Source: Mobula hypostoma
Taxonomy: Eukaryota
Length of the DNA: 64,000 nt
Assembly: GCF_963921235.1 (NCBI RefSeq)
Contig: NC_086097.1
Location: 38,566,001 to 38,630,000, forward strand
Direction: 5' to 3'
Positions within the stretch are counted from its first letter, which is position 1. Each line of letters begins with the position of its first letter. Under the pieces are notes generated by a model, which did not search any database, had not been told where the DNA came from, and worked only from the letters and a program-made list of their open reading frames with translations. Of this stretch, positions 37,316-48,750 are shown in pieces. The position numbers and the translations under genes were made by a program.

Positions 37316-38229
37316 GTAAAGCCCTTACTGAGGACAGAACGTTCTGCCTCAGAGAAGGGAAGGTCAGAAGGGATAGTGAAATTGAGGAAGGGGGAGGAAC
37401 ACCACCTGTATATGTATCCGTATAGAGGTCAACCAATCCATTCAATCACAAATGTAGTGTGCTTAAACACTGTATTAATGATGCACTCATCATAAATACT
37501 CAAAATTTCCCCTAGTCCAACATCATTTATATCTTTATATCTTACAATGTATGTTGGAGAAAAGAACTATACATAGTTAATTAAGGTCACAAATTTATCC
37601 GGCTGTATCTTAGGTACCCTTGTTTACCAATGTAGTATGCACCATCAACCTAATGTATTACTTAAATAAAAACAGAAAATGCTGGGAACACCTCACAGCT
37701 CAGTTAGCATGTGTGGAGAAACAGAATTAACATTACAGGTTCAAGTCACAACTAAGATGGAGAGAAAATAAGTCAGTATTAAGCATGATAGAAGGATGGA
37801 TAGAACAATGGGAACATCTCTCAGAGGGTAAGACGCAGACATAATCTGTAAATGAGGTCATCTAGCTGGGGGTTAACAGAGCAGTTAAGGAAAGAGAATA
37901 TGTTCCTTTACTACCAAGAGCTATGAAACAAGGACATTAGAGAACAGAAAAAGCAATGCAAAAATAGAAAATGCTATATTGTTTCTGCTTTAAGAAAAAA
38001 GTCATATACTCCCATACCAACTCCCCCTTCTAAGCGACTCATCACATATGAAGTGCTTTCTAGCTTTTCTAAGATTAAATTAACTGCTTCCATAAATACA
38101 TTTTTTTAAGCAGGAAACCTCCAAACTGGTGACATCAACAAAACAAACTTAATTTATACCTAAAATTATTTAAATTAGAGGCATAGAGTGAAATTAGAAA
38201 GCTGTGCAATGTGGAAAATAAATTAATAC

Positions 38230-38307
38230 CTGTTTGAAAATAATCCTCGAGTTAATATCTCGCTGGTGACATCAGAGATGAATTCCAGATACTTTAATTC
38301 CTCTTCC
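38230..38307 (-). CDS. SPATA7: SPATA7 internal exon (EEELKYLEFISDVTSEILTRGLFSNR)
   Basis: TTTTTCTCCAG acceptor, AG|GTATT donor, 78 bp, phase 2 to 2. Closely matches the recalled SPATA7/HSD3 motif EEELLYLSFIEDVTDEILKLGLFSNR. Confidence 0.94.
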
Positions 38308-38621
38308 CTGGAGAAAAATGAACATCGGCAATGAATAATCTGTAAATACATTTGCTTGTAGCAGTAGAGAGCTGAAGAAAATAACAGCCAATTTAAATCA
38401 TATTAACCATTTACAGAGTCTCAAGTGTATGGGTTTGAAACATACAATGTGATATATACTAATAAAACAATTAAAATAATCAGAACTGCAGAAACTGAAA
38501 TATGAAGCAAAGATAGAAACACTGGAAGAATTCAGTCAGACAAGCATCATTTGTGGAAAGAGAAACTAACCAACACTTTTGATCAGAATTCCTTCCTCAG
38601 ATCTGGTGAGATGTGAATGGG

Positions 38622-39032
38622 TAAACACGAGGAATTCTGCAGATGCTGGAAATTCAAGCAACACACATCAAAGTTGAAGAAGCATGAATGTGCCATTTTC
38701 CAGCAAAGCTAAAATTTGTAATGTAATAGGAAATGTTTACTAAAACAGAATATATCAAACAAAAACAGAAATATTGGAAGAATTCAGAAAGTCAAGAAGC
38801 ATCTGAAGAAAAAGAAGTCAGTCAACATTTTTGATCCTATCAGGAGATAAAGAGCATGTATATCGAGAATGAGTCTCAGTACCCATGCTGCTGATCACCT
38901 GATGAAAATGAGTCTCAAACTTCATCCTTTGATCAGAAGAGACATAAGAGACTGCAGATGCCAGAATCTGGAGAAAAAATAAACTGCTGGAGTAACACAG
39001 CATATGTGGAGGCAAAGTGTTCACAGCAACTT
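38622..39032. mobile_element. Penelope-like insertion containing an inverted copy of nearby genomic DNA
   Basis: TSD TGAGATGTGAATGGG (38607-38621, 39033-39047). Element tail at 38622-38676. 38674-39021 is the reverse complement of 39377-39725. Confidence 0.85.
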
Positions 39033-39158
39033 TGAGATGTGAATGGGGGATGGATAGTGGAGGATTTACAGTTTTCAAAGTAGAGTTGGGGGAGCAGAGA
39101 CGTGTAAGACAAAAAGCCAGATGGGTTAAGACCTATCAGATGAAAAAAAAACTGCTGG

Positions 39159-39247
39159 AGGGTCTCGGCCTGAAACGTCGACTGCGCTTCTTCCTATAGA
39201 TGCTGCCTGGCCTGCTGCGTTCACCAGCAACTTTGATGTATGTTGCT
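39159..39247 (+). mobile_element. Short Penelope-like terminal-repeat fragment (3' half of hammerhead)
   Basis: AGGGTCTCGGCCTGAAACGTCGACT...GATGTATGTTGC, bracketed by TGCTGGAGG direct repeats inside an older related palindrome. Confidence 0.75.
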
Positions 39248-39939
39248 GGAGGAACTCACTGGGTTAGCCAGAATCTGTGGAGGCAAAGGGATAGTTGATG
39301 TTTTGGGTCGAGGCCCTGCATCTGGAATAATCGAGACATTAGTTTTGATGCAAGTTCTTGATCTAAAATGTCGACCAACACTTTGCCTCCACAGATGCTG
39401 TGTTACTCCAGCAGTTTATTTTTTGCTCCAGATTCTGGCATCTGCAGTCTCTTACGTCTCTTCTGATCAAAGGATGAAGTTTGAGACTCATTTTCATCAG
39501 GTGATCAGCAGCATGGGTACTGAGACTCATTCTCGATACACATGCTCTTTATCTCCTGATAGGATCAAAAATGTTGATTGACTTCTTTTTCTTCAGAAGC
39601 TTCTTGACTTTCTGAATTCTTCCAATATTTCTGTTTTTGTTTGATATATTCTGTTTTAGTAAACATTTCCTATTACATTACAAATTTTAGCTTTGCTGGA
39701 AAATGGCACATTTATGCTTCTTCAAGTCTTTGCAAGACGCTAACAATATTATTATGCCCAAGGAAAATACTGACATCATTGCAAAATTGCTGGCATTAGA
39801 AAAAACAATTAACATATTAAAAATATATCTCATCAAAGGAGAGCAGAAAATCAAACCACCTCAAGAATTCTGTGTTAATATTTTGAAAGGTTTTGCTGGA
39901 AATTACAACCATAATTAAATCAAATGTTTTAATACTTAC

Positions 39940-39993
39940 TCAGCCTCAATTTTTCTCATAATTGGTGACTTGATTCTATTGTTTGACGATGAC
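39940..39993 (-). CDS. SPATA7: SPATA7 internal exon (SSSNNRIKSPIMRKIEAE)
   Basis: TTTTCTCTTTAATCCATTAG acceptor, GTAAGT donor, 54 bp, phase 2 to 2, in frame with the 38230 exon. Confidence 0.88.
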
Positions 39994-40764
39994 CTAATGG
40001 ATTAAAGAGAAAATAAGTGATTAGACGAAGCAAGTAACTTGAAAAATTAACATAGTTTAAGCTATAGTAACCTGCAATATTTCTTTATTGCATCAGCTTC
40101 TACTCTTTTAATTCACTGTTATTGTTTAAAGTACTCAACATAACAAGAGTTTGATTTCTACAATTTTATTTCACTGAAATTCCAGTAACATTTTTTGCAC
40201 TGATGTACACTTAAATAAAATATGTAGGCTGTATGTGAATTAAAATAACTATTAAATAGAAATATTTCAAATTCCATTGGACATTAGTTTTTACTAAAGA
40301 CTCATTTGTCAATAACATAGTTGTTTACTGAAGTAAAGTTTCAAAATATTTTAAATGTTTTGAAGTTCAAAGTACATTTATTATCAAAGAACCTTTATTA
40401 TACAACCTTGAGATATATCTTCTTAGAGGCAGCCACAAAACAAAGAAACCCAATAGAACCCATTAAAAAAGACTGTTAAACACCCAATGTGCAAAGATAA
40501 AAGAACAAATCTTGCAAATTGGGTTATTCATTGGTAGAAGCTTCTTGGTAGTTAATGAGCAGGCCTCATTTATTTTAACTTGGTTTGGTTTGGGAATTAA
40601 GATTTAGATTTATCAATTTAGATCTTAGTCTTTGGGTACTAAATCCAAATAGTGATTTTTCCTTACTCCCAGTGAGACAAAGCTTTGGAAATGCACTGAT
40701 TATGAAAAACCCGCTGAACTGTTTTGAGTTTTTTTTTAAAAAACCTAGAATAGTACATTTCTTA

Positions 40765-42005
40765 CACTGGACAGCAATTTTTTTCAAAAGTTTCTTCAGA
40801 AAAGTTTTTGTGGTTATAATAGACTTGTATCATGTAGAAATTTGGAGAGACGAAATTAACTTTTATTGACTATAATGTGTTTAATTGCATAATGGTGCTG
40901 ATGCTTTGCAATAGTTCAACTAAGTTAAAAGTATTTTGTTAATGGTTTTCATTTGTACTCAGTGTTTGAGGCTTCTCACTTAAGTATCCAACAATAATCA
41001 GCCAGCATTGATGCCAGCTACCCTGATTCGGTTCTCCATGACCACAATGTCCTGGTGAAACCTTTCACCATTCTTGTCCTTGACAGCACCAAGATTTGCA
41101 GGGAAAAAGTCTAAATGGGAATTCAGAAAATGAATCTTTAGTGATATGGTGTACTTCATATGCTTGAAGCATGTTGTCTACCAGCTGTATGTAGTTTGGT
41201 GCTATGTAGTTGACAAGAAATTTTTCAACAACATCCTCAAACGCCTTCCCTGCGATTTTCTCCCATCCCACTAGAGGTTCTTTGAATTGCCTGCCATTGA
41301 GGACCTGTTTGATTTAAGGACCAACAAAAATGCCTTCCTTAATTCTGGCATCAATTATTCTGGGAAACATCTGTCTTAAATATCAAAATCCTTCATGGAA
41401 ATTTTTGTGCCTGATGACAGCAGAATCCATCCTTATAGTCCTGACCCCAGTAATTCTACCTTTGCTTTTGACAAACCCAGTTCTCTGACCAGGTTATTTA
41501 ACTCAGGCTGAGTTGTCAGATGAGACAGATGAGATTTTAAGCATATACTCGCCACTCGTGGCTGTTGCAAATTTGACGAGACACTTTGCTATCACTGCTA
41601 CTCCTGAAAATACAATACCTTATTTTAATGAGTGCACACAATATGCTATGCATACCGTTTACATGTATATTGGTGATTGCAAACCAATACACATGTAAAT
41701 GCAATGCATAGAACAATGTGTGCATGATGCTTTTATAGCCTTTCTAAAACCTGTTCTGCCATGCAGCATCTGCCCTGCCGAAGCATGCCCAGGCACGCTT
41801 GGACAAGATAGTAAACTTTTCAACTTACATTGTGGGCAACATTTCAATTGACTTGAATTATGAATTGAAATAACAAATATAGGCAATTTTTTTTAAAAAA
41901 GGGTACGCGATAGGGAAATTTCATGGTGATTTTCATGATCAGCAACCTAAAATCCATAAGGTACACCCAAGAGTATTCAAGAAGCAAATTCTTTGCCTTC
42001 CAGTG
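40765..42005 (-). mobile_element. Chapaev3-like (CMC) DNA transposon deletion derivative
   Basis: CACTGGA...TCCAGTG termini with a TTA duplication (40762-64, 42006-08). Minus-strand transposase remnant EKIAGKAFEDVVEKFLVNYIAPNYIQLVDNMLQAY, followed by a LKIHFL..HLDFFPANLGAV..GERFHQDI-type sequence. Confidence 0.75.
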
Positions 42006-42956
42006 TTACCAAAGTACATATACAGTATACAATCCTGAGATTTGTCCTCCTGCAGGCAGCCACAAAACAGGGAAATACCATGGAAACCAGTTAAAAGAAA
42101 ACATTAAACTTCAACGTACTAAAAAAAAGAACAAATCACACAAACACCAAAAAGCAGGCAAATAACACAAGGAATATTAAACATCAAACTGCAGAGACCC
42201 CGAAATGGTCCATAAGTAAAATCCACCAAGTCAGTTCAGTTTAGCATTGTCAATGACTGCAGGCCTGAATGGCAGAGCCAGTAACACATTGAAATGACGC
42301 CATCAAATCACGAAAGTACGAAAAGAGTAACCAGAATCACATGGAACAGAAACTGCAGAGTCGTGCAAAACAAGTTGGAGCACATTCAGCGCGGAGGACA
42401 TTAAAGATAAAACCACGAAGTCCTCCGAAAAGGACTCCCACAGCCATGAGGCACGCCGCTGAACTTTTTGAACCTGCACCCTCCTTCAGCAGGAGTGAGA
42501 GGGACATCGGTCAAACACAGGAGCTGATGATGAGTTTGCATTCCACCATTAAGAAACAATGGCCGCACACTCTTCTCCCAACCTCGCCAAGTGACCGAGG
42601 AGATAGCAAAGCACCAGATGGAGGTGGTGGTGGTAGTGGTGGGAGGAGGAGCTGCTGCTGCCTGCAGAACGTCACCATTGGTCACATCAGAAAATACAAT
42701 ACACAGAAATGATAGGCTCCCTAATAGCACTGAGGAATAAAGGGTCTGAGTCCTGAGCAACACACAAATTGTTGGAGGGACTTAGCAAATCGGGCAAAAT
42801 CTATGGAGGGGAATAATCTGTCAATATTTTGGACTAAGACACTTCATCAGAACTGGAAATGAAGGGATAAAAGCCAGAATAAGAATGTAGGAGGAAGGAA
42901 TGGAGTACAAGATAGCAGGTGATAGAAGAGCTGGGGGGTGGAAGGTGGGTGGGTGC

Positions 42957-43778
42957 ATAGATAGATAGATAGATAGATATACCTTATTAATCCCAGGGGA
43001 AATTTGGTTTCGTTACAGCCGCACCAACCAAGAATAGAGCGTAAATATAGCAACACAAAAAACCCCAACAATCAAACACCAAAATGCAAGCTATGCCGGA
43101 TGGAAAATAAGTCCAGGACCAGTCTATTGGCTCAGGGTGTCCGACCCTCCACGGGAGGAGCTGCACGTTCGATGGCCACAGGCAGGAACGACCTCCCGTG
43201 CCGCCAAGTGTTGTATCGCGGTGGAATGTGGCCGAAGTCCAACAGTAAAAAGTTCAATATCTGGTCTACAAACACGTTCCTCGATCGTAATATACCCCAG
43301 ATTGCACCATCCGTTGTTAGCCAGAACAGTAAGCACCGAACTCCTTTACGCTTACTGCTCTCAGTGCACTTCCGGTCAGTCGGAATGGTATTACCCACCG
43401 AACTCCTCTTCTCCAAAGGTCTCTGTTGTCTTGACCTGGTCCTCTTTCCTCGGCTTTGTGATACCCCTCTGTGTGTTTTCCTCCGGATTTCAGCAGGGGT
43501 GTCCACCGCTCTGTTCGCTAAGCCGGCCGGGTTTTGCTGGTCCGTGAAGTACACAATGCGACCTTGCTTCTGTCCCGCGTATCGGGATGTAACCAGTTCC
43601 AGCGAAAACCCAAATAAAACTCTCTCTACCAGCACGTTAGAGAGGGTGCAGCTTCGACGTGTTACCGAGAGAAAAAAAATACAAAAAATAACGTAAATTA
43701 AAAAGTAAGAAGAAGAAAGTAAGAATAGATCGGAACGGCTGTACCAGGCTGCATGCACGACTGGTGCATGCGCACTTT
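42957..43778 (-). mobile_element. Internally deleted Rex1-like non-autonomous element
   Basis: Minus strand: 5' UTR, ORF N-terminus (PAEIRRKTHRG...RQQRPLEKR), APE fragments (VLANNGWCN...VCRPDIELFTVGLRP), then a short 3' end with (TATC)n tail. Confidence 0.6.
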
Positions 43779-43885
43779 AGTGGATGAAGTAAGTAAGAAG
43801 CTGAAAAAGGATAGATGGAAGAAATAAAGGGCTGAAGAAGGAGTAATCTAACATGACAGGACAGTGGACCATGAAAGAACAGTAA

Positions 43886-44153
43886 TGATGATGATGATGA
43901 TGAGGTCAACTCAGACCTGAGAGGCCAGCGTCGGGCACTTTCATGCCTGACAAGGCGCAGTTCGAAAGGCTGTGTGGGGCGCCACTCCTCACACAGACAT
44001 TTCACAGTATTATTTTACGAGGCCGAGTTGCGAGCTCGACATCAACCCGGCGCAGATGCAGAGTACGCACGGGAGCGGTCTGTCACTGGATCGAACTCAG
44101 GAACCTCCGTTCTCAAGTCCAGCGCTGATCTCACTGCACCACCAGCTGACAAC
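43886..44153 (-). mobile_element. tRNA-derived SINE with (TCA)n tail
   Basis: 12-bp TSD AAAGAACAGTAA (43874-43885, 44154-44165), A box TGGTGCAGTG and B box GTTCGATCC. The 3' part is shared with the 33618 SINE. Confidence 0.85.
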
Positions 44154-44378
44154 AAAGAACAGTAAGGAGACGGTGAACTAGAGGGAAATGATGGGCAATT
44201 TAGGAGAAGGGGTGAGAGGGTAACCAGAATGGGGAATGGAAATAGAGAGAAGGAGAGAAATTATTGGAAGTTAGAGAAATCAATGTTCATGCCATCAGGT
44301 TGGAGGTTACACAGATATATGTAGTGTTGCTCCAACTTTACTGTGGCCTCATCGTGGCAGTAAGGGAGACCATGGACA

Positions 44379-44883
44379 TGTAACACCCTGGGAAAAGTTT
44401 CACTGTTAATGTAATAGTTTCTCTGTAGCAGCAGTGTTTGGGTTTTGACTAGAGATAACGGGGGCTTTGGAATGTGCAGTGTCCCATGAGGGGAGTGTTT
44501 TCTTTCTTGATGCCAGAACGGAGAGGTCATAGACTGCAGGACGGAGTGACTTGGAATGGGGTTGGGAGTTGACGACGTCCGGGGAAAATCGATGGAGAAC
44601 GAATGGACAGGAAAATCGTGAGCTTCAATTTGCACATTAGACTGTTTCATTAAAATGGGCCCTTTTACTTTTTGTTTTCTTTGCTAACCCTACAGTCAAA
44701 TTAAGAGTTATAAAGCTCAATCATTTATTTGCATATGGGGTGTACTGTTAGTTATTTTGTGGTACTGATTTGTAACAGGGGAAAACATCACATAGCATCC
44801 ACACAAACAAGATTTCACAAGTTTGGCGGGGCCAGAGACTGTCTTCCCCTAGACATATCCACTAGCCGAACCTGAGGGTTACA
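44379..44883. mobile_element. Solo LTR (505 bp)
   Basis: TGTAACACCCT...AGGGTTACA inverted ends and 4-bp TSD GACA (44375-78, 44884-87). It splits the Penelope ORF cleanly. Confidence 0.85.
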
Positions 44884-46949
44884 GACAGATCTGTCAGAAT
44901 GGGAATGGGAAGTCAAATTAGAATACATAGCCACTAGGAGATCCTGCCATTTGCAATGGATGGAGTGAAGGTGCTTGGCAAAGCGATCTCGCAATCAGTG
45001 TTGGATCGCATTAAGGTACAGGAGGCCACATTGGGAGCACTAGATACAATACATGACCCCGAACAATTCGCAGGTGAAGTGTCACCTCAGCTGGAAGGAC
45101 TGTTTGGGGTTTTAAATGGTGTAGGGGTAGGTATAGCACTTAACACACTTGTAGAGATAAGTGCCAGAATGATCAGTGGGGAGGGATGAGTGAGTAAGGG
45201 AGTCATGAACTCAGTAATCCCTACGGAAGGTGGAGAGTGGGGGAAGGAAAAGATTGCCTAGTGGTAGGAATCCCTTTGGAGGTGGCTGAAATTACAGAGA
45301 ATGAAGTGCTGTGTACAGAAGCTCGTGGGGTGGCAGTTAAGGACAGGGGGAACGTTATCCTTGTTATGATGGTGGGAGTAGGGGTGAGGGCAGATCATTT
45401 GGAAGTGGAGGAGATGAGGATGAGAGCAGCATCAATGGTGGTGGAAGGAAACCCTGTTCTTTGAAATAAGATTTCTCATATGTTCTAAAATGGAAAGCCT
45501 CATCCTGAGAACACTTAAGTACAACTTTCCCTCCTCCCCCCACCCCTTCACTGAACTGAGGGGAGACTGATAAAAGATTTTTAAATTATGAGAGACATAA
45601 ATAAAGTAGTCAGAATATTTTCACCAAGATAGAGACGTCAAACACAAGAGGATATGCTTTTAAGGTTAAAGGGATGAAATTTTAAAAAATACAAGAGGGG
45701 CAAGTTCTCTTTTGCTCAAAGAGTGTTAGGTCCCTGGAATGGGTTACCAGGGTGGTACTGGAAACAGGTAAATTGGTGGAATTTAAGAGGCTTTTATTTC
45801 AACACACGAAGAGAATGGAGGGATATGGGAGATATTCAGGAGGAGGTCATTTAGTATAAATTGGCAACAGGATCAGTCCAGTGCTGTACTATTCTATATT
45901 TTATGTTCAGGAATGACTGCACAGGCTTGTGCTCTTCTCTCTGAATAAATGACTAAGAGGAGAGAACACAAGGGTTTTCAATGAAAGTATTTAATAGAGC
46001 TTAGAAAATAAATTCCACACTTGGCTGCGTTCAGAACAAGTGAACACAAATATTGATTGACGCTAACACTTAAAGATTGATGCTAACAGAATAAACTAAC
46101 AATTTAGGAGACACTTCTCAGTTCAAAAAGTGGTAAGTGCATGAAAAACTCTGCTGTATAAAGTGTAAGTTAAATTGATTTGACAAATTTAAAAACTGGC
46201 TTGATGTACCCGAGAGGGAAGGAAAAGCAAGTGATACAGGCAGGGTGGGAACAGGTGATTAAAGTGGAAAGAAGCCTGTGTGGAATAAAAATACTGGCAA
46301 GACCAGAGTCAAATGACATATTTCTACATTACAGATTCTTTTGTAGAAGGAATGGAATGTTAACCAGTGAAAAGTGTCACAAAAGTATTAATAGAATTAA
46401 TGTGTAATTTGTTAATTTAAGTGAAATTTAAACAGGCTAAGGAATCTTCAGACAATTTTAACAATAGATTTCCCCCACTTTTGAAAATGTAACCATCGAG
46501 ACACATTAAGAATTTCTGTCATCACATAGGGAAGTCAACTGGAGTCTTATCTGCTTCAAAAACATTCACATTAGATTGCTTGATATACTAATTGCAAAAG
46601 AGACCTTGATCAGAAAGAATAGGTGGCAATTTTTAATTGTTTCCTAGAAACATCTGGATGTAGTTAAGATTTAAGGAATAACTTTACTCACTGTATACAT
46701 ATACATGTAATGGGAATTTGCTGTTGTGTGCTGGTGCAACATGCAACAATTATAAATAATAAAAAAATTATAAAAATATATAAAAAAAGCTACTACTGAT
46801 ACATTTTGTTATAAATAAGATTGATCGCTTGCATAAAAATTTATGAATTAAATGCAAGAGTAGGCTACTTGATCCCTTGAGCTGTTCTGCTGTTTACTCA
46901 GATCATGGGTGATCTGCTTGAGACCTCAATTCTGCATTCTTGCCAACTA

Positions 46950-48750
46950 TAAAGTGAAAAAGGGTAGCTAAAGTGAATATGTGTCCCTTGGAGGACAAGA
47001 AGGGGGAATTGATATTGGGTAATAAGGAAATGGACAAGACTTTAAATGGCTATTTTGTGTCAGGCTTCACGGTGCAGGACACATCTAACATACCAAAGAG
47101 AGATGTTATGGATTTGATGGGAGGTCAGAACCTCAATATAATAGCTATCACTAAAGAGATAGTGCTGAGCAAACTTGTGGGCCTGAAGATACATAAGTCT
47201 CCTGGTCCTGATGGAATGCATCCCAGGATACTGAAAGAAATGGCAGAAGTTATAGTAGAGGCTTTGGTGATGATTTACCAAAATTCTCTGGACTCTGGGC
47301 AAGTCCCGGTGGATTGGAAGATGGTGAATATCACACCACTGTTCAAAAAAAAGATGTAGGCAAAAGGCAGGTTAGTTTAACATCTGTAGTTGGGAAAATG
47401 CTTGAAACTATCATTAAAGAAGAAATAGCGAGGCATTTGGAAAGAAATGGATCCATCAGGCAGTCACAGCATGGATTCAGCAAAGGCAGGTCCCGTTAGA
47501 CAAACTTATTGAAGTTCTTTGAGTATATAATGAGCACAGTGGATAGAGGGGAATAGATGGATGTTATTTACTTGGATTTCCAGAAGGCTTTCGACAAGGT
47601 GCCACATAAAAGATTTATCCATAAGATAAGGATGCATAGAGTTGAGGGTAATGTATTATCATGGATAGAGGATTGGTTAACTAATAGAAAGCAGAGAGTT
47701 GGGATACATGATGTTACTCTGGTTGGCAATCAGTGGTGAGCGGTGTGTCGCAGGGGTCGGTTCTGGGCCAGCAACTATTCACGATATACATTAATGATCT
47801 GGAAGAGGGCGCCAAGTATCTAAGCTTGCTGATGATACTAAATTGAGTGGAAATGCAAATTATGCAGAAGATACGGAGATTCTGCAGAGAGATATAGATA
47901 GGTTAAGCGAGTAGGAAAAGGTCTGGCAGACAGAGTACAATGTTGGCAAATGCCAGATCATCTACTTTGGAAGGAAGAATGAAAGAGCAGATTATTATTT
48001 AAATGGCAAAAAAATTGCAGCATGCTGCAGTACAGAGCGACTTGGGAGTGCTTGTGCATGAATCACAAAAGGTTAGTTTGCAGGTACAGCAGGCTATCAA
48101 GAAGGCAAATATAATATTGGCCTTCATTGCTAGAGGGATTGAACTTAAGAGCAGAGAGGTTAGACTGCAACTGTACAGGGTACTGGTGAGGCCATACCTG
48201 GAGTACTATGTGCAGTTCTGGTGTCCTTACTTGAAGAAGGTTATACTGACTTTGGAGGCGGTGCAGAGGGGGCTTACCAGGTTGAATCCAGAGATGAGGG
48301 GGTTAGACTATATGGAGCGATTGAGTTGCCTGGGACTGTACTTGCCGGGATTCAGAAGAATTAAAGGAGATCTTATGGAAACATATAAAATTGTGAAGGG
48401 GGTAGATGAGATAGAGGCAGGAAAGTTGTTTACACTAGTAGGTGAGACTAGAACTAAGCCTCAAGATTCAGGGAGTAGATTTAGGATGGAGATGAGAAGG
48501 AACTACTTTTCCCAAAGAATGGTGAATCTGTGGGATTCTCTGCCCAATGAAGCAGTGGAGACTGCCTCAGTAAATATATTTAAGACAAGGTTGGATAGAT
48601 TTTTGCATAGTAGCGCAACTAAGGGTTATGAGGAAAAGGCAGGCAGGTGGAGATGAGTCCATGGCCAGATCAGCCATTATCTTATTGAATGATGGAGCAG
48701 GCCTGACAGGCCAGATGGCCTACTCCTGCACTTATTTCTTACGTCCTTAT
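46950..48750 (+). mobile_element. 5'-truncated CR1 LINE, decayed
   Basis: KSPGPDGMHPRILKE, SQHGF, YLDFQKAFDKVPH and LVRPYLEY motifs, with a 3' tail near 48740. Confidence 0.88.

Larger units (their letters stand above)
42750..45520 (-). mobile_element. Degenerate Penelope-like element hosting three younger insertions
   Basis: Terminal repeat with decayed hammerhead at about 42820-42853, GIY-YIG C-terminus GLPYCHDEATVKLEQHYI...QPDGMNIDFSNFQ (44261-44378), and decayed ORF continuing at 44888-45520. Confidence 0.75.

Noticed and set aside
43004..43696. 230-aa plus-strand ORF
   Set aside because: Antisense frame of the Rex1-derived element.
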